From Sphingomonadaceae bacterium (GTDB lineage Bacteria > Pseudomonadota > Alphaproteobacteria > Sphingomonadales > Sphingomonadaceae): DNA of 64,000 bases. The position numbers and the translations under genes were made by a program. The DNA lies in NCBI GenBank assembly GCA_046348665.1, contig JAXMDV010000001.1, forward strand, positions 1,859,797 through 1,923,796. Direction: 5' to 3'. The notes under the pieces are model-generated. The model saw only the letters and a program-made list of their open reading frames with translations. It searched no databases and was not told the DNA's origin. Below are positions 8,487 through 17,597 of the stretch, piece after piece; positions within the stretch are counted from its first letter, which is position 1; every line of letters starts with the position of its first letter.

Positions 8487-8860
8487 TTGCAGGGGAAAAC
8501 CCGATCCATCCGCCCCTGGCCGGCAAGGCAGGCGTGCCGCTATCCGGCAAGCCCGCCCGCTGACCCTACGGCAAGGCGGAGCCGCAAGGATGGAAGCTGC
8601 AATGGACCGCAAGGCCCGAAAGTGCCGCGCCGGAAAGACTGGCTGCGGCTGCCGCTTCCCGCGCGATGCCGTTCGCGCCCTGGCTTCGTCGATCAGGTGG
8701 TGATTTCCGGCCTTCCGGAAGGTGGCTGCCGAATCGATTCGCCCAGACCTGCACTTTCGCTTGACTTGCCCGGGCAGGTGGTGTCGCCTCGCCCGCAGTC
8801 CGTGCCGATGTGCTGCCCTGCGGCGGGAATGACGGCGCGGCCAATCGAGAGGGAGAGCGC

Positions 8861-9115
8861 ATGAAATACGTAAGCATGGCAATCATGGGCCTGATCGTCG
8901 GCGCGCTGGCCAAGCTGGTCTACATCGGTGACAACGGCAACAGCTGGCTGATGTCGATCGTGCTGGGCATTGCCGGTTCGTTCGCGGCCGGCACGGTCGG
9001 GACACTGCTCGACAAGCAACCGGGCACGCAGCTCAAGCCGGCCGGATTTCTCGCCTCGGTGCTGGGCGCCCTTGTGCTGATCTTCATCGCCAAGCGCTTC
9101 GGCATCGAAGTCTGA
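8861..9115 (+). CDS. GlsB/YeaQ/YmgE family (transglycosylase-associated) small stress membrane protein
   Basis: Start at the internal ATG 8861 after a GAGAGGGAGAG SD. Sequence: MKYVSMAIMGLIVGALAKLV...VLGIAGSFAAGTVG...VLGALVLIFIAKRFG. Confidence 0.8.
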   Translation: MKYVSMAIMGLIVGALAKLVYIGDNGNSWLMSIVLGIAGSFAAGTVGTLLDKQPGTQLKPAGFLASVLGALVLIFIAKRFGIEV

Positions 9116-9131
9116 TCCAGCCCAACCGGGC

Positions 9132-9166
9132 AAGGGGCGGGGCGCTCGCGCCTCGCCCTTTCGTTT
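9132..9166 (+). terminator. Rho-independent terminator candidate after the GlsB-like gene
   Basis: AAGGGGCGGGGCG-ctcg-CGCCTCGCCCTT, an 11-13 bp stem with two G-U pairs, followed by TCGTTT. Confidence 0.55.
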
Positions 9167-9176
9167 GAGGGAACGC

Positions 9177-9965
9177 ATGAACCGCGTCTTCGACTTTACC
9201 CACGCCATAGTCCGCCGCCCCGGAGCCAGCGTGGTTAGCGGGCTGCGCGCGGGCGGCGGGGCCGATCCCGCTCTGGAAGACGTGCTGGCCGAGCATGCCG
9301 GCTATGTCGCCGCGCTGCGCGAGGCCGGGCTGGTCGTGACCGAGCTGGAACCGCTGGAGGACTATCCCGACGCGATCTTCGTCGAGGATCCGGCGCTGGT
9401 CTTCACCCAGGGCGCGGTGGTGCTGCGTCCCGGCGCGCCAAGCCGCGAGGCCGAAGGCCAGTTCCTGCGCGCCGAGCTTGCAGCGCGCTTTCCGGTCGTG
9501 CTGGAGCAATGCGAAGGCCATGCCGATGGCGGCGATGTGCTGGTGATGCCCGACCGGGCCTATATCGGTCTGTCGGCGCGAACCGACCGGCGCGGGGCGG
9601 AAGCGCTGATCACCTTGCTGGACCGGCTGGGAATTGCCGCCGTGGTTGCCGACACTCCTGCGGAAGTGCTCCACCTCAAGACCGCAAGCTCGCTGATCGA
9701 CGAGGAGACGGTGCTCGCCACGCGTCCGCTGGCGGAGAGCGGGATCTTCTCCGGCTACCGCGTGATCGAGGTTCCCGCCGGAGAGGAAGGCGGGGCCAAT
9801 GTGCTGCGCCTGCGCGACCGGCTGCTGGTCGGCGCCGGCTATCCGCGGCTGATCGAGCTGCTCGCCAATTGCGGCGCTCGGGTGGTGCCGATGCCCAATG
9901 CCGCGATCGCCATGATCGATGCGGGCTTTACCTGCATGTCTCTGCGCTGGCGGGAGGCTAATTGA
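9177..9965 (+). CDS. Dimethylarginine dimethylaminohydrolase (DDAH)/amidinotransferase-fold protein
   Basis: MNRVFDFTHAIVRRP..., DAIFVEDPALV, LHLKTASSLI, and the C-terminal catalytic-Cys motif DAGFTCMSLRW. Start at ATG 9177 after a GAGGGA SD (the track ORF begins at TTG 9165). Confidence 0.8.
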   Translation: MNRVFDFTHAIVRRPGASVVSGLRAGGGADPALEDVLAEHAGYVAALREAGLVVTELEPLEDYPDAIFVEDPALVFTQGAVVLRPGAPSREAEGQFLRAELAARFPVVLEQCEGHADGGDVLVMPDRAYIGLSARTDRRGAEALITLLDRLGIAAVVADTPAEVLHLKTASSLIDEETVLATRPLAESGIFSGYRVIEVPAGEEGGANVLRLRDRLLVGAGYPRLIELLANCGARVVPMPNAAIAMIDAGFTCMSLRWREAN

Positions 9966-10026
9966 TCCGGATCGTTGCGCCAGTGGCGGAGGTCGTCTCT
10001 AATGCCGCCAATCGCCCCTCCCGCTT

Positions 10027-10105
10027 TCGTCATTGCGAGCGCAGCGAAGCAATCCAGGGCGGTTTGCGCTGCCATCTGGATTGCTTCGCTGCGCTCGCAA
10101 TGACG
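10027..10105. repeat. Solitary palindromic element, family B (TCGTCATTGCGAGCGCAGCGAAGCAATCCAG ... CTGGATTGCTTCGCTGCGCTCGCAATGACG)
   Basis: About 31-nt perfect inverted arms around an 18-nt loop, between convergent genes. It is the same unit as in the 49335-49906 array. Confidence 0.9.
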
Positions 10106-10226
10106 GACATCATAGGAAAGGAGACCCTGCGGCTTTCGGACGCGGCGCTGATTGCCACCTCTGCCGATGCACAGTTCGGCGGGCTTGGCGGCGTGGTCCG
10201 CACGGGTTTACGCGAAGTAGGGCACC

Positions 10227-10892
10227 CTATCGGCAGAGCCTGCGGCCACCCACCTCGAGATGGAGGTGATTGCGGTGCGCCGGATTGTAGGCCGGTCCCA
10301 GCACCAAGCCGAAGCGCTTGCAGGCGCTGGCGTGGATCGCGGTGAAGAACTGGCGCACCTGGGGGCTCTTGTCCTCCCAGTTGCCCTCGACGGTGATCCG
10401 CCGCCCGTCGGCCAGGACGAAGCCCGAGACGTCGACCGCATTGGCGCTGGCATGGCCGCTGCGGCGGGCGGAGCCGGCAATGTTGCGGCAGTTGTAGGTG
10501 CCCATCGTCTCGATCTTGACCAGCCGGGCGCCCAGGATCTGCTGCGCCGCGCGGTCGACGCCAAAGCGGGCCCAGCCGGCAAAGGTATCGGCAAGTGCGC
10601 AGGTCATCGGGCCGAGGTTCGACAGCTGGAGCCGCGAGGTATCGCTGCGCAGGCTGGCGATCCGCACCGCGCTGACCGCAGAGCATCCGGCGCCGTAATA
10701 GGCATCAGGCAGCGGCGTGAAGGCGGCGGCGCGGGTGCCGAGATCGGCCAGGCAGGCCTGGGCTTCGGGGCTTGCGGCCACTGGCGCGGCGGCGCGGGTC
10801 ACCGCCGGCCTGCGCGGCGCCTGGCGTTCGGGAACGAGCGAACAGGCGCTGGCCAGCAGCGCAGGAATCAGAATGAGAAACCTTGTGCGCAT
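10227..10892 (-). CDS. Extensin-like C-terminal domain lipoprotein
   Basis: MRTRFLILIPALLASAC lipobox. The C-terminal domain reads YNCRNIAGSARRSGHASANAVDVSGFVLADGRRITVEGNW...ACKRFGLVLGPAYNPAHRNHLHLE. Confidence 0.75.
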   Translation of the reverse strand: MRTRFLILIPALLASACSLVPERQAPRRPAVTRAAAPVAASPEAQACLADLGTRAAAFTPLPDAYYGAGCSAVSAVRIASLRSDTSRLQLSNLGPMTCALADTFAGWARFGVDRAAQQILGARLVKIETMGTYNCRNIAGSARRSGHASANAVDVSGFVLADGRRITVEGNWEDKSPQVRQFFTAIHASACKRFGLVLGPAYNPAHRNHLHLEVGGRRLCR

Positions 10893-11063
10893 GACGCATA
10901 ATTGCATCCATTGTGGTTAACGGAGTCTAAGCATTGCGCACAAGTCTAGAAAATCTCGCGATCGACATGCGCATTGGCTTGACATGCTGCACTGCATCAT
11001 CCAACGCGGCGCCGGGCCACGCGGTCCCAACGCCGCGCGTGCTCTCTGCAAGGAGAGACTGAC

Positions 11064-12188
11064 ATGACTGCATCCAAGCCGGCGCTCCCGGAGCGTCCGT
11101 ATTTTTCTTCCGGTCCCTGCGCCAAGCCGCCCGGATATTCCCCCGCCAAACTCGCCACCGAATCGCTGGGCCGCTCGCACCGCGCCAAGATCGGCAAGGT
11201 GCGCCTGCAATACTGCATCGACCTGATGCGCGAAGTGCTGCAGCTGCCCGATACACACCGGATCGGGATCGTTCCCGGCAGCGATACCGGCGCGTTCGAA
11301 ATGGCGATGTGGACGATGCTGGGCGCGCGCGGGGTAACCTGCCTGGCCTGGGAAAGCTTCGGCGAAGGCTGGGTCACCGATGCGGTCAAGCAGTTGCAGC
11401 TTGAACCCAGCGTGCACCGCGCCGACTATGGCGAGCTGCCCGATCTGTCGAAGGTCGATTTCGCCGACGATGTGCTGTTCACCTGGAACGGCACCACCAG
11501 CGGCGTGCGCGTGCCCGACGGCGAATGGATTCCCGATAACCGCGAAGGCCTGACCTTTGCCGATGCCACCTCGGCGGTCTTCGCCTATGACATCCCGTGG
11601 GACAAGATCGATGTCGCGACCTTTTCCTGGCAGAAGGTGCTGGGCGGCGAGGGCGGCCACGGCGTGCTGATCCTGGGGCCGCGTGCGGTCCAGAGGCTTG
11701 AGGAATATACCCCCGCCTGGCCGCTGCCCAAGGTGTTCCGCCTGACCTCGAAGGGCAAGCTGGCCGAAGGCGTGTTCAAGGGCGAGACGATCAACACTCC
11801 TTCGATGCTCGCGGTCGAGGATGCGATCTTCGCGCTCGAATGGGCGAAGGGTCTGGGCGGGCTTGATGCTCTCAAGGCGCGCTGCGGCGCCAATGCCCAT
11901 GCGCTTGACCGGATCGTTGCCGAACGGGACTGGCTCAGCCACCTGGCGACCGACAGTGGGACCCGCTCGAAAACCTCGGTCTGCCTTTCGGTCGAAGGCG
12001 CGGATGCGGACTTCATCAAGGCGATGACTGGCCTCCTCGAAAAGGAGGGCGCGGCCTATGACATCGCGGGTTACCGCGATGCACCGCCGGGTCTGCGCAT
12101 CTGGTGCGGCGCAACGGTCGAAACCGCCGATATCGAGGCCCTCGGCCCGTGGCTCGACTGGGCTTACCAGGCCACCAAGGCAGCCTGA
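11064..12188 (+). CDS. serC: Phosphoserine aminotransferase
   Basis: 374 aa: MTASKPALPERPYFSSGPCAKPPGY..., FSWQKVLGGEGGHGVLILGPRAV. It lies directly upstream of serA. Confidence 0.9.
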   Translation: MTASKPALPERPYFSSGPCAKPPGYSPAKLATESLGRSHRAKIGKVRLQYCIDLMREVLQLPDTHRIGIVPGSDTGAFEMAMWTMLGARGVTCLAWESFGEGWVTDAVKQLQLEPSVHRADYGELPDLSKVDFADDVLFTWNGTTSGVRVPDGEWIPDNREGLTFADATSAVFAYDIPWDKIDVATFSWQKVLGGEGGHGVLILGPRAVQRLEEYTPAWPLPKVFRLTSKGKLAEGVFKGETINTPSMLAVEDAIFALEWAKGLGGLDALKARCGANAHALDRIVAERDWLSHLATDSGTRSKTSVCLSVEGADADFIKAMTGLLEKEGAAYDIAGYRDAPPGLRIWCGATVETADIEALGPWLDWAYQATKAA

Positions 12189-12196
12189 AACTCCGG

Positions 12197-12280
12197 CGTC
12201 ACCCCGGCCTTGAGCCGGGATCCCGCTTCTTCCCCTTTACCCGCGCACAAGCGGGACCCCGGATCAGGTCCGGGGTGACG
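12197..12280. repeat. Palindromic element, family D (CGTCACCCCGGCCTTGAGCCGGGATCCCGC ... GCGGGACCCCGGATCAGGTCCGGGGTGACG), in the serC-serA spacer
   Basis: About 29-nt imperfect inverted arms, each with its own CCCGG..CCGGG sub-hairpin. Read directly. Confidence 0.8.
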
Positions 12281-12298
12281 ATCAAAGGACACGTAAAG

Positions 12299-13882
12299 AT
12301 GACCAAGCCCCGCGTACTCATTTCCGACAAGATGGACCCCAATGCCGCCGCGATCTTTCGCGAGCGCGGCTGCGAGGTTGACGAGATCACCGGCGAAACG
12401 CCCGAACAGCTGATCGCCCGGATCGGCGACTACGATGGCCTCGCGATCCGCAGCTCGACCAAGGTGACGCCAGCGATCCTGGCTGCCGCGAAGAACCTCA
12501 AGGTCGTAGGGCGGGCCGGGATCGGGGTCGATAATGTCGATATTCCGGCGGCATCGGCCCAGGGCGTGGTGGTGATGAACACGCCGTTCGGCAATTCGAT
12601 CACCACCGCCGAACACGCCATCGCGCTGATCTTCGCGCTGGCGCGCCAGATCCCCGAAGCCAATGCCCTTACGCAAGCCGGCAAGTGGCCCAAGAACGAC
12701 TTCATGGGGGTCGAGGTGACGGGCAAGACCCTGGGCCTGATCGGTGCGGGCAATATCGGCTCGATCGTGGCGAGCCGCGCGCTGGGGCTGCGGATGAAGG
12801 TCGTCGCTTTCGATCCGTTCCTCTCGCCCGAACGCGCGGTCGAACTGGGGATCGAGAAAGTGGAGCTTGCCGAGCTGCTGGCCCGCGCCGACTTCATCAC
12901 GCTCCACACCCCGCTGACCGACCAGACCCGCAACATCCTGAGCCGCGAAAACCTGGCGCTGACCAAGAAGGGTGTGCGGATCGTCAACTGCGCGCGCGGC
13001 GGGCTGATCGATGAAGCGGCGCTCAAGGACGCGCTCGACAGCGGGCACGTCGCGGGCGCCGCGCTCGATGTGTTCCAGACCGAGCCCGCGAAGGAATCGC
13101 CGCTGTTCGGCACCCCGAACTTCATCTGCACCCCGCACCTGGGGGCCAGCACCAACGAAGCGCAGGTCAACGTCGCGTTGCAGGTGGCCGAACAGATGGC
13201 CGATTATCTGGTGAACGGCGGGGTCACCAACGCGCTCAACATGCCCAGCCTTTCGGCCGAGGAAGCGCCCAAGCTCAAGCCCTACATGGCGCTGGCGGAG
13301 CGGCTGGGCAGCCTGGTCGGGCAGCTGACCACCGGGGCGATTCCGCGGATCTCGATCCATGTCGAAGGCGCGGCGGCCGAGCTTAACATCAAGCCGATCG
13401 TCGCCGCGGTGCTGGCGGGCTTCCTGCGGGTCCAGTCGGCCACGGTGAACATGGTCAACGCGCCGTTCCTGGCGAAGGAACGCGGGATCGAGGTGCGCGA
13501 GGTGCGCAGCGAGAAGGAGGGCGATTACCACACGCTGATCCGCGTCTCGGTCAAGACCGACGCGGGCGAACGCTCGGTGGCCGGCACGCTGTTCTCCAAC
13601 CGCGAACCGCGCCTGGTCGAGCTGTTCGGGATCAAGGTCGAGGCCGAGTTGGAAGGCTATATGATGTATATCGTCAACGAGGATGCCCCCGGCTTCATCG
13701 GACGGATCGGCACTCTGCTGGGCGAAAACGCGATCAACATCGGCACCTTCAACCTTGGCCGCCGCGAGGCGGGCGGAGAAGCGGTGCTGCTGCTCAGCGT
13801 GGACAGCCCGGTTTCGGCCGAAGTGCTCAATGCCGCCAAGGCGCTGCCCGGCGTGAAGCGGGCGATGGCGCTGGCGTTCTAA
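12299..13882 (+). CDS. serA: D-3-phosphoglycerate dehydrogenase
   Basis: Start at MTKPRVLISDKMD (ATG 12299). Motifs: VVGRAGIGVDNVD, GLIGAGNIGS, NCARGGLIDE, CTPHLGAST, plus a C-terminal ACT domain. Confidence 0.93.
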   Translation: MTKPRVLISDKMDPNAAAIFRERGCEVDEITGETPEQLIARIGDYDGLAIRSSTKVTPAILAAAKNLKVVGRAGIGVDNVDIPAASAQGVVVMNTPFGNSITTAEHAIALIFALARQIPEANALTQAGKWPKNDFMGVEVTGKTLGLIGAGNIGSIVASRALGLRMKVVAFDPFLSPERAVELGIEKVELAELLARADFITLHTPLTDQTRNILSRENLALTKKGVRIVNCARGGLIDEAALKDALDSGHVAGAALDVFQTEPAKESPLFGTPNFICTPHLGASTNEAQVNVALQVAEQMADYLVNGGVTNALNMPSLSAEEAPKLKPYMALAERLGSLVGQLTTGAIPRISIHVEGAAAELNIKPIVAAVLAGFLRVQSATVNMVNAPFLAKERGIEVREVRSEKEGDYHTLIRVSVKTDAGERSVAGTLFSNREPRLVELFGIKVEAELEGYMMYIVNEDAPGFIGRIGTLLGENAINIGTFNLGRREAGGEAVLLLSVDSPVSAEVLNAAKALPGVKRAMALAF

Positions 13883-13914
13883 CAAGCGCGCCGCGCGGGT
13901 GGCGCTCCCCCAAT

Positions 13915-14015
13915 TCCCTCCCGCTTGCGGGAGGGGCCAGGGGCGGGGCTGTTGCGTTACCGCGAAACCGTGCCTAACAGGCCCTCCCCCGACCCCTCCC
14001 GCAAGCGGGAGGGGA
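13915..14015. repeat. Palindromic element, family C (CCCTCCCGC-ttg-GCGGGAGGGG hairpins in inverted orientation)
   Basis: TCCCTCCCGCTTGCGGGAGGGGCCAGGGGCGGGG at 13915 pairs with GCCCTCCCCCGACCCCTCCCGCAAGCGGGAGGGGA at 13981. The second arm is nearly identical to the arm at 33196-33231 (reverse complement). Confidence 0.85.
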
Positions 14016-14048
14016 GATTGCGGGAAGCCACTTTCAGGGCTTGATGAT

Positions 14049-15173
14049 ATGGATACCGACCGCGACCTGCTTCCCGAGGGCCTGAAGGACCGCCTTCCCG
14101 CCAGCGCTGCCTCCGCCGCGCGGGTAACGCGCGCCGTTCTCGATGTGCTCGACGCGCATGGCTACGATCGCGTCCAGCCGCCCACCATCGAGTTCGAGAA
14201 TTCGCTGGCCAGCCGCATGGCGGGGATCCGCCTGCGCCGGATGTTCCGTTTCGTCGATCCGGCCAGCTTGCGCACCCTGGCGCTGCGCAGCGACATGACC
14301 CCGCAGCTTGGCCGGATCGCATCGACCAGCCTGGCGGCGCGGGCGCGGCCGCTGCGGCTGTGCTATGCCGGTCAGGTCGTGACGATCAAGGGCGACGGGC
14401 TCGACCCCGCGCGCGGGCGGTTGCAGCTTGGCGCCGAACTGATCGGGCTCGACAGCGTTGCCGCGGCGGGTGAGGCGGTGGCGGTGGCGATCGAGGCCTT
14501 GGGTGCGGCCGGGGCCAAGGGCCTTTCGGTCGATTTTACCCTGCCCGACCTTGTCGATACGCTGGCAGCCAAGGCCTTGCCGCTTGCTGCCGAACAGGTC
14601 GAGGCCGTGCGCGCAGAGCTGGACGCCAAGAACGCCGGGGCGCTGGTCGATGCTGGGGGAGCGGCCTACCTGCCGCTGCTCGAGGCGATCGGACCGTTCG
14701 AGACCGCGATTGAGCGGCTGGCACAGTTCGATACCGGCGGCGCGTTGGCGAACCGGATCGCGGCGCTGCGCCAGGTTGCGGCGCGGCTGGGCGGCAAGGC
14801 CCGGCTGACACTCGATCCCAGCGAACGCCACGGCTTCGAATACCAGACCTGGTTCGGCTTCACGATCTATGCGGAGGGTATTTCCGGTCTGCTGGGGCGC
14901 GGCGGCAGCTACACGATCAAGTCGAACGGCGCGGGCCGCGCGGATGAGCCGGCAATCGGCTTTTCGCTTTATCCCGATGACCTGATCGACAGCCTGGCCG
15001 GCGCCGAACAGCCGCGCGACACGCTGTTCCTGCCGCTGGGTCACGATCCGGTTCAAGCGGAACGGCTGCGCGCGATCGGCTGGCGCACCGTGGCCGCGCT
15101 GGGCGAATGCTGCGATGCCCGGGCACTGGGCTGCACCCATGTCCTGCAGGATGGCGACGCGGTGCGGCTCTAG
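14049..15173 (+). CDS. hisZ: ATP phosphoribosyltransferase regulatory subunit (HisZ)
   Basis: Start at MDTDRDLLPEGLKDRLP (ATG 14049), after the repeat element. Motifs: RMFRFVDP, LALRSDMTPQ, GFEYQTWFGFTIY (HisRS-like fold). Confidence 0.8.
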   Translation: MDTDRDLLPEGLKDRLPASAASAARVTRAVLDVLDAHGYDRVQPPTIEFENSLASRMAGIRLRRMFRFVDPASLRTLALRSDMTPQLGRIASTSLAARARPLRLCYAGQVVTIKGDGLDPARGRLQLGAELIGLDSVAAAGEAVAVAIEALGAAGAKGLSVDFTLPDLVDTLAAKALPLAAEQVEAVRAELDAKNAGALVDAGGAAYLPLLEAIGPFETAIERLAQFDTGGALANRIAALRQVAARLGGKARLTLDPSERHGFEYQTWFGFTIYAEGISGLLGRGGSYTIKSNGAGRADEPAIGFSLYPDDLIDSLAGAEQPRDTLFLPLGHDPVQAERLRAIGWRTVAALGECCDARALGCTHVLQDGDAVRL

Positions 15174-16090
15174 TTTCCGAACACCCGCTTCAGCCAGGCA
15201 TCGACCACCGGGGTTGCGGCATAGTCCGGGTTGCCAAGCTGACGATTGATCTCGCCGTGGCCCTTCAGGCCGGTGCCGGGAAACTCGCGGCGTTCCACCC
15301 GGGTGCCGCCCTGCCTCAGCGCGGCTTCAAGCTGCTTGTTCTGCGCCACGCCATCCTTGCGCATCACGTGGATCAGCAGGAAGTCCGGGGCATTTGGCGC
15401 CGGTGCCTGCAACGTGGGCGATAGCGCGCGCTGGCGGGCGGCATCGGTCCCGAAGGCCTGGATATAGGTTTCGTTCATGAAGCTGCTGCCATCGGCGATC
15501 TGCCGCGGCACATCATAGGCGGCGCCATCGATCGGCAGCACGCCGTCGATGCTGGCGAAGCTCAAGCCCGCCTTCCTGAGGTACTGTTCGTCGGTGCCGA
15601 CCAGCGCAACCAGGTGCGCGCCGGCACTGTGCCCCATGATCACCACCCGCGAAGGGTCGAAGCCCAGCCGCGCGGCGTTGTCGATCAGGTAACGCAGCGC
15701 CGCCGCAACGTCCGATGCCTCGTCCTCGACCGTGCTGGCGGGAACCAGCCGGTAGTTGATCGAGGCATAGGCATAGGTCTGGGTGTAATGCGGCGCCTTC
15801 CAGCTGCCGTCCGCGTTGTCCTTGCTGCCGCGCTTCCATCCGCCGCCGTGGACGAACAGCACCAGCGGCGCGCGCCTGTCGCCATTGCGGGCGGGATAGA
15901 AATCGAGCACCTGCAGCCTGTCGTTGCCATAGGACAGGGTCTGCTTGCCGGCCGGCTGGGGCACCTGCTCACTCGGGGTTTGCCGTGCCGCCAGCCGTTC
16001 GCGCAGGCGTTCGCCGGGGCGGGCCTGGATCGCGGTGCCGGCGATCAGCGCGCCGGCGGCAAGCGCCAGGATCAGTGCTTTTCTCATCAT
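15170..16090 (-). CDS. Alpha/beta hydrolase (esterase/lipase fold-3 type), secreted
   Basis: [23 protein letters not shown] signal peptide. Motifs: [10 protein letters not shown] (oxyanion HGGG) and IMGHSAGAH (GxSxG). Confidence 0.8.
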   Translation of the reverse strand: MMRKALILALAAGALIAGTAIQARPGERLRERLAARQTPSEQVPQPAGKQTLSYGNDRLQVLDFYPARNGDRRAPLVLFVHGGGWKRGSKDNADGSWKAPHYTQTYAYASINYRLVPASTVEDEASDVAAALRYLIDNAARLGFDPSRVVIMGHSAGAHLVALVGTDEQYLRKAGLSFASIDGVLPIDGAAYDVPRQIADGSSFMNETYIQAFGTDAARQRALSPTLQAPAPNAPDFLLIHVMRKDGVAQNKQLEAALRQGGTRVERREFPGTGLKGHGEINRQLGNPDYAATPVVDAWLKRVFGN

Positions 16091-16255
16091 CGAACTCCCT
16101 TTGGCACAGGGTCTATTGCGCAAGTGTTGCGGTTCCAGCCGCAAATTGTCGCGGATTGTCACGCGAATTGGGCCGGGCTGCCTTGCCCTTGTCCCGGCAT
16201 TCCCCTAGGGCGCGGCACGGTTTTCGCACCTGCAACACAAAGGATTCGCGCTACC

Positions 16256-17545
16256 GTGGCCAATGTTACCGTGATCGGCGCCCAGTGGGGCGATGAAGGC
16301 AAGGGCAAGATTGTCGACTGGCTGGCCAGCCGCGCCGATGCCGTGGTGCGCTTCCAGGGCGGGCACAACGCCGGGCACACGCTGGTTGTCGGCAACCAGA
16401 CCTACAAGCTTTCGCTGCTGCCTTCGGGCATCGTCACCGGCACGCTCAGCCTGATCGGCAACGGCGTGGTGCTCGATCCGTGGCACTTCCGTGACGAGGT
16501 CGCCAAGCTCAAGGGGCAGGGGGTCGATATCAACCCGCAGAACCTGCAGGTGGCGGAAAACACCCCGCTGATCCTGCCTTTCCATCGCGACCTTGACGGG
16601 CTGCGCGAAGATGCCAGCGGCGCCGGCAAGATCGGCACCACCCGACGCGGGATCGGCCCGGCCTATGAAGACAAGGTCGGCCGCCGCGCGATCCGGGTCT
16701 GCGATCTGGCGCACCTGGACGACCTTGGCCCCCAGCTTGACCGGATCTGCGCCCACCATGATGCGCTGCGCGCCGGGTTCGGCCAGCCGCCGATCGATCG
16801 CCAGCGGCTGCTCGATGACCTGTGGGACATCGCCGCCTTCATCCTGCCCTTCGCCAAGCCGGTGTGGCGCACGCTGAACGAGGCGCGCAAGGCCGGCAAG
16901 AGGATCCTGTTCGAAGGCGCGCAGGGCGTGCTGCTCGATGTCGATCACGGCACCTATCCCTTCGTCACCAGTTCCAACACCGTCAGCGGCACGGCTTCTA
17001 GCGGATCGGGGCTGGGGCCAAGCCAGGCCGGCTTCGTGCTGGGGATCGTCAAGGCCTATACCACGCGCGTCGGTTCGGGTCCGTTCCCGACCGAGCTTGA
17101 GGACGAGACCGGCCAGCGGCTGGGTGAGCGCGGCCACGAATTCGGCACCGTGACCGGCCGCAAGCGCCGCTGCGGCTGGTTCGACGCGGTGCTTACCCGG
17201 CAAAGCTGCGCGATCAGCGGGGTTACCGGGATCGCGCTGACCAAGGTCGACGTGCTCGACGGGTTCGAGACGGTGAAGATATGTGTGGGCTACCGCCTGC
17301 GCGGGCAGGAGATCGACTATTTCCCCAGCCATGCCGCCGACCAGGCTGCGGTCGAGCCGGTCTACGAGGAAATGGAAGGCTGGAGCGGCACCACCGCCGG
17401 CGCGCGCAGCTGGGCCGAACTTCCCGCCCAGGCGATCAAGTACATCCGCCGGATCGAGGAACTGATCGAAACCCCGGTCGCGCTGGTCTCGACCAGCCCC
17501 GAACGCGAGGACACGATCCTGGTGCGCGATCCGTTCGTGGATTGA
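16256..17545 (+). CDS. purA: Adenylosuccinate synthase
   Basis: GTG start at 16256 after an AAGGA SD. (M)[22 protein letters not shown]..., [14 protein letters not shown], full length. Confidence 0.95.
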   Translation: MANVTVIGAQWGDEGKGKIVDWLASRADAVVRFQGGHNAGHTLVVGNQTYKLSLLPSGIVTGTLSLIGNGVVLDPWHFRDEVAKLKGQGVDINPQNLQVAENTPLILPFHRDLDGLREDASGAGKIGTTRRGIGPAYEDKVGRRAIRVCDLAHLDDLGPQLDRICAHHDALRAGFGQPPIDRQRLLDDLWDIAAFILPFAKPVWRTLNEARKAGKRILFEGAQGVLLDVDHGTYPFVTSSNTVSGTASSGSGLGPSQAGFVLGIVKAYTTRVGSGPFPTELEDETGQRLGERGHEFGTVTGRKRRCGWFDAVLTRQSCAISGVTGIALTKVDVLDGFETVKICVGYRLRGQEIDYFPSHAADQAAVEPVYEEMEGWSGTTAGARSWAELPAQAIKYIRRIEELIETPVALVSTSPEREDTILVRDPFVD

Positions 17546-17597
17546 TCCCGCAGGCAAGGTTCTGGCACTATCGCGGCTTCTTTCGCGGAGGTGCGCG

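Noticed and set aside
7227-8882. 551-aa version of the large acyl-CoA dehydrogenase ORF with a 154-aa N-terminal extension
   Set aside because: The extension is Arg-rich nonsense (MPCLRISCALPLDWPRRHSRRRAAHRHG...). Homology-like sequence begins at MDLEFSAEDLAFRDEV, so the start was set at 8420.
12164-13885. 573-aa ORF antisense to serA. Similar long ORFs occur at 712-2028, 3375-4748, 5669-7459, 14034-15140, 16205-17557, 19841-21361, 32191-34242, 41147-42196, 50027-51847 and 50767-52131.
   Set aside because: Each lies opposite a gene with unmistakable conserved motifs. Their translations are Arg/Ala/Gly/Pro-rich with no recognisable domains. Stop-free antisense frames are expected at this GC content.
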